64,000 nucleotides of DNA from Alphaproteobacteria bacterium (GCA_965217615.1 CBDCIT010000042.1:649-64648), one strand, 5' to 3'; shown: positions 49,663 to 59,687, counted from the first letter of the stretch. The notes: generated from the sequence alone by a model not told the origin. Numbers and translations are program-made.

Positions 49663-50778
49663 ATGCCCTCAGAAATCTATCTCGACTACAACGCCACCGC
49701 GCCAATGCCGAATGTTGTGCAGACGGCGATGGCTGCGGCGTTGGAGACGTGTGGCAATCCATCGTCGGTTCACCGATTTGGCCGCGCCCAGCGCGCCAGG
49801 ATTGAAGATGCCCGCCGCCAAGTGGCATTGCTGGTGGGAGCCGATGCACGCCACGTCGTTTTTACCAGCGGTGGCACTGAGGCGAATAATCTGGCGCTGA
49901 ACGGCATCTTCGCTACGTCGGTCATCGTCTCTGCCATTGAACACGATTCGATCCTACACGGCGTCGATGACGCATTGATCGCACCCGTCGGACGATCGGG
50001 CGTTATAGATTTGGAAAAGCTGGAGGCCTTGGTTCGAGAGGCAAAGCCTCCGGTACTCGTCTCGCTGATGCTGGCAAATAATGAGACCGGAATCGTTCAG
50101 CCCGTCGCTGAGGCGGCAGCGATCACCCATGCGCATGGCGGAATTCTTCATTGTGACGCGGTACAGGCGGCGGGGCGTCTGGCCATCGATATGGCGTCGC
50201 TCGGCGCGGATATGATGACGCTCAGCGCGCATAAGATCGGCGGACCGCTGGGTATCGGCGCACTGGTTATCGACGAGCAAGTTAATCTACGGGCTCAAGT
50301 GCGCGGAGGCGGGCAAGAACGTGGATATCGAGCCGGAACCGAAAATGTGGCCGGTATTGTCGGATTTGGCGCGGCCGCTGATCACGGCCGTGCGTGCCAC
50401 AGTGATTGGCAAGGTGTTTCGTGTTTGCGCGAACGGCTTGAGGCTCGCATCAGCGATGAATTCGGAGATGACATACAGATAATCGGTCGCGACGTGGTGC
50501 GAATACCAAATACGTGCTGCGTTGCGCGTGTCGGTATTGCGTCCGAATTGCAGGTCATTGCACTCGATCTAGCGGGCATTGCGGTTAGCGCAGGTTCCGC
50601 CTGCTCTTCGGGTAAAGTGCAGTCGAGCCATGTCCTTGCCGCGATGGGCATCGCGGAGCCTACTGCCCGGACGGCCATCCGCGTATCGCTCGGTCCAACA
50701 ACGAGCGATGCCGACATCGATCATTTCTTCGTGGCGTATAGGTCGTTGAAGAAGCCTGGTGTAGCCCATGCAGCATAA
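49663..50778 (+). CDS. Cysteine desulfurase (NifS/IscS family), copy 1
   Basis: YLDYNAT, FTSGGTEANN, SAHKIGG and SAGSACSSG. Confidence 0.92.
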   Translation: MPSEIYLDYNATAPMPNVVQTAMAAALETCGNPSSVHRFGRAQRARIEDARRQVALLVGADARHVVFTSGGTEANNLALNGIFATSVIVSAIEHDSILHGVDDALIAPVGRSGVIDLEKLEALVREAKPPVLVSLMLANNETGIVQPVAEAAAITHAHGGILHCDAVQAAGRLAIDMASLGADMMTLSAHKIGGPLGIGALVIDEQVNLRAQVRGGGQERGYRAGTENVAGIVGFGAAADHGRACHSDWQGVSCLRERLEARISDEFGDDIQIIGRDVVRIPNTCCVARVGIASELQVIALDLAGIAVSAGSACSSGKVQSSHVLAAMGIAEPTARTAIRVSLGPTTSDADIDHFFVAYRSLKKPGVAHAA

Positions 50779-52030
50779 GGTCGATGCAAGCGCCGCGCCC
50801 GGCGTTGACGCTGCCACCGATGCGAATCGGGAGCGCATGAAGGCTGCAGCCGGAAATGGCGACGCGCCAGCGGCAATCTATCTGGATTATCAAGCAACGA
50901 CGCCCGTCGATCCAAGAGTGCTCGACGCGATGCTGCCATGGTTCAACGCACGCTTTGGCAATCCGCATTCCCAACATCAACATGGGTGGCAGGCAGACGA
51001 AGCAGTAGAAGAAGCGCGCAATCAGGTCGCCGCGATTATTAGCGCACGAAGCCGGGACATCGTCTTTACGTCCGGCGCCACGGAATCGAATAATTTGGCG
51101 ATTAAGGGTGCGGCAAAGGCATACCGAGATCAACGAAACCATATTGTGACGTGTGTCACGGAGCATAAATGTGTGCTGGAAAGCTGCCTTCAGCTCGAAC
51201 GTGACGGCTTCGAAGTCACGCGCTTGTCGGTCGACGGGAGCGGACTCATCGACCTTGAACAACTGCGTGAGGCGGTTACCGAGAATACAGGTCTCGTCTC
51301 TCTCATGGCGGTAAACAACGAGATCGGCGTCATTCACCCGCTGCGCGAGATTGGCGACATCTGCCGCGCGGCCGGCGCCCTCTTTCACACCGACGCCGCG
51401 CAAGCCGTCGGCAAAATACCGCTCGATGTTGAGGCGGCAAACATCGATCTGATGAGTATCTCCGGTCACAAGATCTATGGTCCCAAGGGAATTGGGGCGC
51501 TTTACGTGCAGCGCAAATCAAGGTTTCAGCTTCAAGCGGAGATGAGCGGTGGCGGCCAGGAGCGCGGTCTTAGGTCCGGCACTGTGCCGACGCCGTTGTG
51601 CGTTGGCATCGGTATGGCCTGTCAGATTGCCGAGCGGGAGATGGAAGCGGAAAACCGGCGCCTTACCGTGTTGCGGGACCGTTTGTATCAGCGACTGACG
51701 TCAGAACTCGACAACATTTCGCTGAATGGCCATGCTGAACTGCGCATTCCCGGCAACCTCAACGTTTCGATTGCGCATATCGATGGCGCGGCGCTGATGA
51801 TGGGCATTCCGGACATTTCTGTATCGACGGGCTCTGCGTGCACCTCGGGTGCATTTGGACCGTCCTACGTGTTGCAAGCTTTAGGTTTGGATGCCGAGGA
51901 TTCCGATACCGCGCTCAGGATTGGCCTTGGCAGATTTACCACCGAGGATGAGGTCGACTACGCGGCCGAGCGCATCGTCGTCGTCGTGAAAGAGCAGCGC
52001 GGTCAACGGACCCTGCCTGCGCATGTATGA
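50768..52030 (+). CDS. iscS: Cysteine desulfurase IscS
   Basis: IYLDYQATTPVDPRV, SGHKIYGPKG and STGSACTS. Confidence 0.9.
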   Translation: MQHKVDASAAPGVDAATDANRERMKAAAGNGDAPAAIYLDYQATTPVDPRVLDAMLPWFNARFGNPHSQHQHGWQADEAVEEARNQVAAIISARSRDIVFTSGATESNNLAIKGAAKAYRDQRNHIVTCVTEHKCVLESCLQLERDGFEVTRLSVDGSGLIDLEQLREAVTENTGLVSLMAVNNEIGVIHPLREIGDICRAAGALFHTDAAQAVGKIPLDVEAANIDLMSISGHKIYGPKGIGALYVQRKSRFQLQAEMSGGGQERGLRSGTVPTPLCVGIGMACQIAEREMEAENRRLTVLRDRLYQRLTSELDNISLNGHAELRIPGNLNVSIAHIDGAALMMGIPDISVSTGSACTSGAFGPSYVLQALGLDAEDSDTALRIGLGRFTTEDEVDYAAERIVVVVKEQRGQRTLPAHV

Positions 52031-52073
52031 GCACAGGTCGCCCATAGAATAGCGCCTTGCAAAGGGACCGGTC

Positions 52074-52403
52074 ATGCCGCGGCTTGTATTCATCGAAAGG
52101 AACGGAGAGCGAAAGGAAGTGGACGCACCGCTGGGTGTCTCCATCATGGAGGCGGCGCATATGTTCGATGTCGACATCGAGGGCGCCTGCGAGGGTGTGA
52201 TGGCCTGCTCCACGTGTCACGTTATCGTCGATAGGGATTGGTATACTAGGCTCGCGCCGGTGAGCGAGGACGAGGACTATATGCTCGACCTAGCTGTCGG
52301 GCTTACGGAGACGTCGCGGCTCGGTTGCCAAATCGTAATGACGGAGGCGCTGGACGGTCTGACGGTCAGGCTGCCGACAGAGACGCACAACATGATGCTT
52401 TGA
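52074..52403 (+). CDS. fdx: 2Fe-2S ferredoxin (ISC/adrenodoxin type)
   Basis: GACEGVMACSTCHV...SRLGCQI. Confidence 0.93.
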   Translation: MPRLVFIERNGERKEVDAPLGVSIMEAAHMFDVDIEGACEGVMACSTCHVIVDRDWYTRLAPVSEDEDYMLDLAVGLTETSRLGCQIVMTEALDGLTVRLPTETHNMML

Positions 52404-52463
52404 CACGGCGGCCAACGATCTCGAAACTCCGCGTCGAATTCAACGAATTCCCCGGGGAAGGCC

Positions 52464-52994
52464 ATGCTAAGTCCGGTGCGAAGAATTGTAACGGGACATG
52501 ACTGCAATGGCCGCTCCGTTGTCGTCAGCGATGACGTCTCGCCGCATACCAAGGCCGAGCGCTTGACCGACCTTTGGCGGACGTTCGCGGCGCCTGCAAG
52601 CAACACTGGCGGCGCAGACCAGCCTGCCGCCGCGGTCGAACTCAAGCCGCCATCAAATGGTACGGTGTTTCGCTATTTTCAGATCAAGCCCGAGGCGGAC
52701 AATCAGGCGCAGAGCGCGGGCGAACGGCAGCGGGATGCGGCCCAGTTGTTCGAAGCAACGGGTGCGGGCGACGAACGCGATCCCGAGGCCCGGCATCCAA
52801 ACATGCACAAGACCGACACGGTGGACTACATCATCTTGTTGTCCGGTGAGGTAACGATGCTGTTCGACGATGGCGAAGTTGCGATGAAACCATTGGATGT
52901 CGTGGTCCAGCGGGGAACAAATCACGCATGGGTCAATTATGGGACGGAACCCGCTGTGTTGGCGGCTATCCTTGTCGACGCCGAGCCGCTATAG
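52464..52994 (+). CDS. Cupin-domain protein
   Basis: RRIVTGHD and MHKTDTVDY...VVQRGTNHAW. Confidence 0.85.
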   Translation: MLSPVRRIVTGHDCNGRSVVVSDDVSPHTKAERLTDLWRTFAAPASNTGGADQPAAAVELKPPSNGTVFRYFQIKPEADNQAQSAGERQRDAAQLFEATGAGDERDPEARHPNMHKTDTVDYIILLSGEVTMLFDDGEVAMKPLDVVVQRGTNHAWVNYGTEPAVLAAILVDAEPL

Positions 52995-53075
52995 GATCGA
53001 GGGTAATCCAGGACGTATGGCAGGCGCGGTACAGGCACGGAGTTAGGAAGTAGCGAAGCATGGAGGTCCGGTCGA

Positions 53076-53747
53076 ATGGCGGCAAACAGGCTCTACGATC
53101 AACTGAAGGACGCATGCGCGACGGAATGGGCTGAGTACACGCGGCACGAGTTCGTGCGCGGCATAGCCGACGGGTCGCTGCAACTGGATGCCTTCCGTTT
53201 CTATTTAGTGCAGGACTTTCTGTTTCTGAAGCATTTCGCGCGTGCCTACGCGCTGGCTGTCTATAAGTCCGAACATCTGGACGACATGCGGGCGGCCTCC
53301 GCCAGCACACAGGCGATATTGGGCGAAACCGGCGTCCATCTTAAATATTGCGGCGAATGGGGATTGGGCGAGAGCGACATCATTGCCACGCCCGAAGCCC
53401 CCGAGACGACGGCCTACACGCGCTTTGTCCTTGAGCGCGGGATGTCGGGAGATCTGCTTGATCTTCATGTTGCGCTCTCGCCATGCGCGGTCGGCTACGC
53501 CGAGATCGGGCGTCTGATTGTCGATGAACTGAAACCGAAGACGGACAGCAATCCGTATCAGGATTGGATCGACGTCTACTCCGGCGAAGAGTTTGGCGCC
53601 GGCGCCGACGCTCAAGTTGCCATGCTCGACCGCCAAATGGCGCTGCGCGGGGGTCCCGGCCGCTTCGATGGGCTTGCTGAGACGTTCCGCATCGCGACGC
53701 GCCTCGAACGGGACTTCTGGCAAATGGGGCTGAATGCCGCCGCGTGA
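53076..53747 (+). CDS. tenA: Thiaminase II / aminopyrimidine aminohydrolase
   Basis: FYLVQDFLFL, LSPCAVGYAEIG (catalytic Cys), YQDWIDVY and LERDFWQM. Confidence 0.9.
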   Translation: MAANRLYDQLKDACATEWAEYTRHEFVRGIADGSLQLDAFRFYLVQDFLFLKHFARAYALAVYKSEHLDDMRAASASTQAILGETGVHLKYCGEWGLGESDIIATPEAPETTAYTRFVLERGMSGDLLDLHVALSPCAVGYAEIGRLIVDELKPKTDSNPYQDWIDVYSGEEFGAGADAQVAMLDRQMALRGGPGRFDGLAETFRIATRLERDFWQMGLNAAA

Positions 53748-53754
53748 GGCAGCG

Positions 53755-54093
53755 TTAAACGAAGAAATCGAGGATTGTACCGGTCGTTACGGCTGAGATG
53801 GGCTGCGCGTCGTCGGAAAAGAGCAGCAACGCTGGACTCGTCGCCGGTTCGCCCGAAGTGAGCACAAAATTCGCCTCGGCGACAGCTCTGGTGGCGCTGG
53901 CGATGGCCTTCGCTTGAGGCGCAATCGTTCCGTCCCCAACTGCCGAAGCCAATGGCTCAACAGAGAAGAACTGCAACGACAGCAGATTTGCAGTCGTAAT
54001 TTCCTTCTTTCGACGTCGCCGCTGCGACTCCCCAGCACGGAGCGTTGAACGTCGATGGAGGGCGCTTCTTGCGCTCGCATCACTTCTAATCAT
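53755..54093 (-). CDS. Small hypothetical protein; start and N-terminal frame uncertain
   Basis: Open frame ending ...TTGTILDFFV, with a strong promoter-like sequence just upstream. Confidence 0.4.
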   Translation of the reverse strand: MIRSDASARSALHRRSTLRAGESQRRRRKKEITTANLLSLQFFSVEPLASAVGDGTIAPQAKAIASATRAVAEANFVLTSGEPATSPALLLFSDDAQPISAVTTGTILDFFV

Positions 54094-54117
54094 GAGCGCA
54101 ATTGACCCTTTTGTCAA
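54089..54117 (-). promoter_or_regulatory. Putative sigma70 promoter
   Basis: Minus strand TTGACA-17 bp-CATGAT. Confidence 0.55.
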
Positions 54118-54134
54118 GGATTCTGGGCGTGCCG

Positions 54135-55476
54135 TGTCGCTAACACACGATATGACCGGTCTATGTAACAGATGATCTGTCCGGTTTTAGATTTCCTCCA
54201 AATCTGGAGGAATCGGATGCGCCGGACGGAGCAGTTGCAGGGACTGAGATTGATGAAGTTCGAGGATGTCTACGGACGTTGTTATCGGGGTGATTTGAGC
54301 CAGGCCGAGGCCTCGGAGATCCTGGGCATGTCGGAGCGGACGTTCCGGCGCTGGCGGGAGCGCTATGAGGCCGAGGGTGCCGAGGGTTTGTACGACCGGC
54401 GCCTTGGGCGGGTCTCGGCGCGCCGGTGGACGAGGTGATGCGGGTGCTGGAGCTGTTCGAGACGCGCTACCCGGACTTCACGGCCAAGCACTTCCACGAG
54501 AAGCTGGTCTGCGAGCATGGCTTCGGGCTGAGCTACAACTGGCTTCGCCTGAGCTTGCAGGCGCACGGCAAGATCAAGCCGGCGCCCAGGCGCGGGGCGC
54601 ACCGCCGGAAGCGGCCGCGCCGACCGGTGGTGGGGATGATGCTGCATCAGGACGGCTCGAGCCACGAGTGGGTTGCGGGCCAGTGGTGGGATCTGATCGT
54701 GACCATGGACGATGCGACATCGGAGGTCTATTCGGGCTTCTTCGTTGCCGAGGAGGGCACGATGAGCACGTTCCGCGGGCTCGGCGAGGTGATCGCCGAA
54801 AACGGGCTGTTCTGCTCGCTCTACGCCGATCGGGCCTCGCACTACTGGCACACGCCCGAGGCAGGCGGCGGTGTGGACAAGGACAACCCGACCCAGATCG
54901 GCCGGGCCTTGGCGCAGCTCGGCATCGAGTTGATCGCGGCCTATTCGCCGCAGGCCCGGGGCCGCTCGGAGCGCATGTTCGGGACCTTGCAGAAGCGCCT
55001 GCCCCAGGAGCTGCGCCTCGCCGGGATCGCCACCATGGCCGAGGCCAATCGCTTTCTCGAGGAGCTCTTCTGGCCGGCGCACAACGCCCGCTTCGCCCGC
55101 CCGGCCGCGGACACCGGCTCGGCCTTCGTGGCTTTTGCCGGCACGCTCGAGGACATCCTCTGCGCCCAGGAGGACCGCGTCGTCGCGGGCGACAACACCG
55201 TGCGCTACAAGAACCGCACGCTGCAGATCCCGGCCGATCGCCACCGCCACCACTACGTCAAGGCGCAGGTCCCGGGTGCACGAATATCCCGACGGCCACC
55301 TGGCCGTCTTCCACGGACCCAGGTGTCTGGCGCGCTACCGCGCCGACGGCGAAACCATCGACGACGACAGGCTCCAGGCCGCGTGACCCGCTTCGACGCG
55401 ACCGAGCCAAACCACCACAACAGAAGCGGTCAATTCATATGGTACATAAAGCGGTCAACTCAGTTTGTTATCGACA
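54135..55476 (+). mobile_element. IS1202-family-like (formerly ISNCY) insertion sequence
   Basis: The ends TGTCGCTAACACAC... and (reverse complement) TGTCGATAACAAAC... are imperfect IRs. The 17-bp direct repeat ggattctgggcgtgccg lies at 54118-54134 and 55477-55493. Confidence 0.88.
54217..55386 (+). pseudogene. IS1202/ISNCY transposase with two frameshifts (~54426 and ~55272)
   Basis: HTH (EILGMSERTFRRW), LHQDGS, MDDATS, YADRASHY and SPQARGRSERMFGTLQ. The tail VHEYPDG... is in another frame. The RBS is sequestered in the hairpin ttcctcca-aatc-tggaggaa. Confidence 0.85.
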
Positions 55477-55635
55477 GGATTCTGGGCGTGCCGACGGTGT
55501 CGAGAGCGACTACCGACACTAATTGTTTGACGGCAATCATGGGCCCTGGAGCGGCGAGTCGCGCGGAAAGGAGCCGCCGTGCGAGAGGGTTTTGGCCGTT
55601 TGCGTTTGCCGATGGCGCGCCTATATTGCCGCCCC

Positions 55636-56814
55636 ATGAAGACGAATACCGTCGAATTCGGAAATTCCGGGTCGCCAGGCACTGATGCGCTTGGGATTAG
55701 TGACCTGCCCGCTGGCGCACGCATCGTTGTTGCCATGTCGGGCGGCGTTGATTCCTCTGTGACGGCTGCCTTGCTCGCCGACGCCGGATATGACGTTATT
55801 GGCATTACGCTGCAACTCTATGACGACGGTGCAGCCAGGCAGCGAAAGGGCGCCTGCTGTGCTGGTCAAGACATCCATGATGCGCGAAACGTGTCCACCC
55901 AATTGGGCATACCGCACTACGTGCTCGACTATGAAAGCCGCTTCCGGGACGCGGTCATCGATGATTTCGCTGACGCCTACTTGCGCGGCGAGACACCCAT
56001 TCCGTGTATACGCTGCAACCAGACGGTCAAGTTTCGCGACCTGGTTTCGATGGCGCGCGATTTGGGGGCGTCGGCGCTGGCAACCGGCCACTATGTGCGC
56101 CGTATCATTGGCCCGCGTGGCCCAGAGTTGCACCGCGCGTCGGACCTCGCAAAGGACCAGAGCTATTTCTTGTTTACGACGACCGACGACCAGCTCGGGT
56201 TCCTGCGCTTCCCGTTGGGTGCGTCCAACAAGAACGAGACGCGCGCCCTCGCGGCACGTCTCGGCCTCGAGGTTGCCGAAAAGCCAGATAGCCAGGATAT
56301 CTGCTTTGTGCCGAACGGCTCATACGCCCGTGTCGTTGAGACGCTGCGGCCGGACGCGATCGAGCCCGGCGAGATCGTCGATATGAAGGGGACCGTGCTT
56401 GGCCGACACGATGGCATCATCCACTACACCGTAGGCCAACGGCGCGGTCTCGGTGTGGGCGGCCGCGAGACAACGTCTGAACCGCTCTATGTCATACGGC
56501 TCGAGCCGGACGCGCGGCAGGTCGTGGTCGGTCCGAAGAATGCGTTGCTATGCCGCGGCGTCAGTCTCAGGTCGGTCAACTGGCTGGGTGAGCCGGAGCT
56601 TGACGAAAACGAGACTCGGGTCGGGGTCAAATTGCGCTCCGCGATGGTCCCTGTGCGGGCCTCCCTGTTGGCCCGGCCGAACGGCGGCGTAGACGTCGTG
56701 CTTGAACAACCGCAATTTGGCATCGCACCGGGCCAAGCTTGCGTCTTCTATGCCGACGAACGGGTGTTGGGCGGCGGCTGGATCGTCGCCAGCCAGACAG
56801 CACTTGTGGCCTAA
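55636..56814 (+). CDS. mnmA: tRNA 2-thiouridine(34) synthase
   Basis: [36 protein letters not shown] and YTVGQRRGL. Confidence 0.96.
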   Translation: MKTNTVEFGNSGSPGTDALGISDLPAGARIVVAMSGGVDSSVTAALLADAGYDVIGITLQLYDDGAARQRKGACCAGQDIHDARNVSTQLGIPHYVLDYESRFRDAVIDDFADAYLRGETPIPCIRCNQTVKFRDLVSMARDLGASALATGHYVRRIIGPRGPELHRASDLAKDQSYFLFTTTDDQLGFLRFPLGASNKNETRALAARLGLEVAEKPDSQDICFVPNGSYARVVETLRPDAIEPGEIVDMKGTVLGRHDGIIHYTVGQRRGLGVGGRETTSEPLYVIRLEPDARQVVVGPKNALLCRGVSLRSVNWLGEPELDENETRVGVKLRSAMVPVRASLLARPNGGVDVVLEQPQFGIAPGQACVFYADERVLGGGWIVASQTALVA

Positions 56815-56847
56815 GCCGGCCTGGCGAACTTCAGTTACGAGCGACGT

Positions 56848-57786
56848 CTAGCGTAGGACAGTAGCGCCACGGGGCAAGTGGCGGGCGGTGAGTTCAACGA
56901 CGCGTGTAACGAAACGCGCCACCGAGAACCTGACTCCGCCGCCGAGAAAGGCCAGCACGCCAGCGGCAACAAGAAAGGCAATCTCTCGCTTCACGCCGTT
57001 TAGGTTCGTAATCAGGCTTTTATCGAGGCTGAGTTTGGTCGCCATATACCACAGCATGACGCCCATGACGGCGATGCCAGCGATCCGCGTGCCAAAACCG
57101 CCAGCGAGGGTGAGACCGAGCGCCAGCAGGAGCCACGGAGCAGCAGCGAAGCTCTGGATGTGGTCGAACCCGGCGAACGCGCCGCCAACAATCATCACCG
57201 CGGCGACCGATAAACGCAGCAACAGCCCCATATCTCGCCAATCAGGCGGCGTTGGCTGGAACGCCATGCCAAGTAGATAGCGGTCGAGACTCGTCGCGCC
57301 GGAGCCTAAATTGAAGAGCGCGAACATCATGCCGGATAGGCCGATATCACGGATCTGCACGAGCAATGCCGGTGAGGTGTAAGTTGACACGGTCGGATCA
57401 ACGCCGGGAGACGTCGTAACCGGCAGCGCGATGACGAAAGTCCACAACAGAAAACCATAGACCAACGCCAATGGTCGGACCGCCAGGCCAGCGATGAGAC
57501 AAAGACCGCTCACCAATTCGAAGCTCGAGAGCGCGGTAAGGAACGACCAAGGTGTCACCCAGTCCGGAAAGGCGCCGGAAAATAGATACTCCGCAAAGAA
57601 TGTGTTGATATATCCGTCCGCGCCCATATAGCGGGACAGGATGCCGGCTTCGCGGGCAGGATCGATAAGCTGCGAAAGCTTGCTCCAACCACCGATGACG
57701 AAGACCGGGCCAAGTCCTAGGCGCAGCGCCAGCGAGACGGTGTCGAGCTTAGCTGCGGACATTGGGGACGCATCGTCATTTGTCAT
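56848..57786 (-). CDS. DoxX-family membrane protein with two repeats
   Basis: LRLGLGPVFVIGGWSKL, FELVSGLCLIAGL, GSGATSLD and a second repeat LLLRLSVAAVMIVGG. Confidence 0.72.
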   Translation of the reverse strand: MTNDDASPMSAAKLDTVSLALRLGLGPVFVIGGWSKLSQLIDPAREAGILSRYMGADGYINTFFAEYLFSGAFPDWVTPWSFLTALSSFELVSGLCLIAGLAVRPLALVYGFLLWTFVIALPVTTSPGVDPTVSTYTSPALLVQIRDIGLSGMMFALFNLGSGATSLDRYLLGMAFQPTPPDWRDMGLLLRLSVAAVMIVGGAFAGFDHIQSFAAAPWLLLALGLTLAGGFGTRIAGIAVMGVMLWYMATKLSLDKSLITNLNGVKREIAFLVAAGVLAFLGGGVRFSVARFVTRVVELTARHLPRGATVLR

Positions 57787-57996
57787 GTCCGGTAGTCCTC
57801 CTCGCGATGCGCAGCCATGCCATAGCGCTCTGCGTGTCGCTTCACCGAGAAAAGATCGACAGGGCCGCGCCGACGCGGCAACCGCATGTTGGGGATATGA
57901 GAAGGTCCGCGCTGGTGATCCAGCGGCTTCGGCATCAACTCATGTCAAGGAAGTGTGAAGAGGCGGCTGAGTCGACTGCACGGAACGTCGGCGGCG

Positions 57997-58095
57997 TTAA
58001 ACCCCGAGCAGCGCGCCGAGAATAAGCACGGCGATGAACAGGATCGCGTAGCCGCGCGCGAAACAGAGTCGAGAGAGAATACGAAAGATATCCAC
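57997..58095 (-). CDS. Possible 32-aa single-TM peptide
   Basis: GTG start: MDIFRILSRLCFARGYAILFIAVLILGALLGV*; no clear RBS. Confidence 0.3.
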   Translation of the reverse strand: MDIFRILSRLCFARGYAILFIAVLILGALLGV

Positions 58096-58176
58096 AGCAT
58101 CTTTATGATGGGATCTCGTGGCCGGTATTACAAATGACATAACGGTGCTCCTGCAGAGTCGACCAGCGACGAAGAT

Positions 58177-58485
58177 TTAGGTTGGCGTTGCTTCGCCCGC
58201 TTCGACGATGACCAGTTCGTTCTGTCCAGCACTGTTATTCCGGCGGAATGCCGCTGCTGCGACATATTCGGGCGAGTTGAAACAAGCGACCGCTTGCGCC
58301 CTCGATGGAAACTCAATGACGACGAACCGCTCGAACGTCTCCGGTCCTTCGAGAATCTCGTAGCTGCCGCCGCGCGCCAGAACTTTCCCTTGAAACTTTT
58401 CAAGGATCGCCGGAACGCGATCGGTGTATTTCTTGTAGGCGACGGGGTCGTTGATCTTTGCGCGCGCGAGCCAGTAAGCCACCAT
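58177..58485 (-). CDS. DUF1330 family protein
   Basis: GKVLARGG...LEG...RFVVIEFPS...FNSPEY and an AGGAGG RBS. Confidence 0.9.
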   Translation of the reverse strand: MVAYWLARAKINDPVAYKKYTDRVPAILEKFQGKVLARGGSYEILEGPETFERFVVIEFPSRAQAVACFNSPEYVAAAAFRRNNSAGQNELVIVEAGEATPT

Positions 58486-58570
58486 CGGATTGACCTCCTT
58501 GAGTTCCGCGCATTGAATAACGATGCCGCGGCAAACACAAACCCCATGGGTCTGTGCACAAGCGCGTAGC

Positions 58571-58599
58571 TTGACAGAGCGAGGCTGCGACCGTATCTC
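58571..58599 (+). promoter_or_regulatory. Putative promoter of tRNA-Met
   Basis: TTGACA-17 bp-TATCTC, about 45 bp upstream of the tRNA. Confidence 0.6.
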
Positions 58600-58642
58600 C
58601 GTGTGCTGAAGGCCTGTTCGTCCACCACCTTGCCGAACATGT

Positions 58643-58719
58643 GGCGGAGTAGCTCAGCTGGTTAGAGCAGCGGAATCATAATCCGCGTGTCGGGGGTTCG
58701 AGTCCCTCCTCCGCTACCA
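58643..58719 (+). tRNA. tRNA-Met (CAT), probably elongator
   Basis: GGCGGAG/CTCCGCT acceptor stem with encoded CCA, anticodon arm GCGGA-ATCATAA-TCCGC and T-loop GTTCGAG. Confidence 0.96.
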
Positions 58720-58726
58720 TTCTAAG

Positions 58727-58753
58727 GCCCTGAAATCAAATCGGTTTCGGGGC
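58727..58753 (+). terminator. Hairpin after the tRNA (possible terminator; no U-tract)
   Basis: gccctgaaatc-aaatc-ggtttcggggc forms an 11-bp stem with two G-U pairs. Confidence 0.4.
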
Positions 58754-58755
58754 TC

Positions 58756-58872
58756 ATGGTAGTTTCGGAGATCGACAGGGGACGTGATGACGAACCCGAT
58801 AATCTAAGTGCTTGCCGTAGCTGCCATGGAAATCGCGGCAATCTTACTCGCGGGCAGGAGACGTCCCATTAA
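58756..58872 (+). pseudogene. Possible HNH endonuclease remnant
   Basis: A 38-aa ORF containing GRDDEPDNLSACRSCHGNRGN, resembling the C-terminal half of an HNH motif. Confidence 0.35.
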
Positions 58873-59687
58873 TTAAGTAGCTGATCGACGGCCGCTTTGG
58901 CTTGATCACGACGATCCTTCAAGATTTGGATGAAATCCGCCGATCTGATCGCCGCCATCGCTTCCATTAACTGCAGTTCGTAGTTCTGCAATTCCTGCTC
59001 GGCCAAGCGTATTCTTACGCTCCTGAGATCCTTCTCGTTCGCTATCTTCCTATCCACTGACGAACTCAACGCAGAAATAGCCTCCGTAAGCGAACAAAGA
59101 TTGTTGTACCTGATCGCGTCTGTCACCGCACCCTGCACTGAATATTCCGTCAGCGAACTTTTTCTTTGCGTCCTCATGTCAGTAAGGGCGAGGGCGCGCT
59201 CACTTGCTATCGTATGAAGGATCAAATCGATTGCATTGCTCTGCAAAATATTTGCATCGATCGTCTGATCCACGCCGAGGACTGCGGTCGCAGCCGCTGC
59301 CAAGGCGGTCTTTGCAGCGGTGCCGCCAACGGCTGTCGCTGCACCGGCGAGGATAATCGCCGTACTTTCAAGACTGACCTTACGGGCGCCGTTAAATGCA
59401 AAAAGGTTTCGACGAAACTCTGCGCAGTTCGACTCGGACGAGGCAATAATCGCTTCTTGTAGCCGATTTCGATCATCTGCACTGACATCGGCAACTTTGC
59501 GCCGGTAAATGGCCTCTTTTGTCATCACACCGTTGGCATCTTCTTCAATGCCAAAGTCATCAAGGTCCGCCTGAGCAATGTTCTGTTTGTCTCCTGACAC
59601 TGCCGCCGGTTGGACTGATACTTTCTGAATTATACCCTGAATTGCGCACACGCCGTTAAATAAATGCGGCAAATACTGTTCCGGCAA
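58869..59687 (-). CDS. Hypothetical protein with a central Gly/Ala-rich hydrophobic hairpin and coiled-coil tail; 5' end uncertain
   Basis: 272-aa ORF in AT-richer DNA, with IILAGAATAVGGTAAKTALAAAATAVLGV. Confidence 0.7.
   Translation of the reverse strand: MPEQYLPHLFNGVCAIQGIIQKVSVQPAAVSGDKQNIAQADLDDFGIEEDANGVMTKEAIYRRKVADVSADDRNRLQEAIIASSESNCAEFRRNLFAFNGARKVSLESTAIILAGAATAVGGTAAKTALAAAATAVLGVDQTIDANILQSNAIDLILHTIASERALALTDMRTQRKSSLTEYSVQGAVTDAIRYNNLCSLTEAISALSSSVDRKIANEKDLRSVRIRLAEQELQNYELQLMEAMAAIRSADFIQILKDRRDQAKAAVDQLLN

Noticed and set aside
52995-53075. TPP riboswitch before tenA
   Set aside because: The gap is only about 80 bp and lacks the CTGAGA and ACCTG core motifs.
54095-54134. 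XerCD dif-like site or FNR box next to the IS1202-like element
   Set aside because: No XerC/XerD arm match (e.g. TTATGTTAAA). The dyad spacing is N6, not the N4 of FNR boxes.
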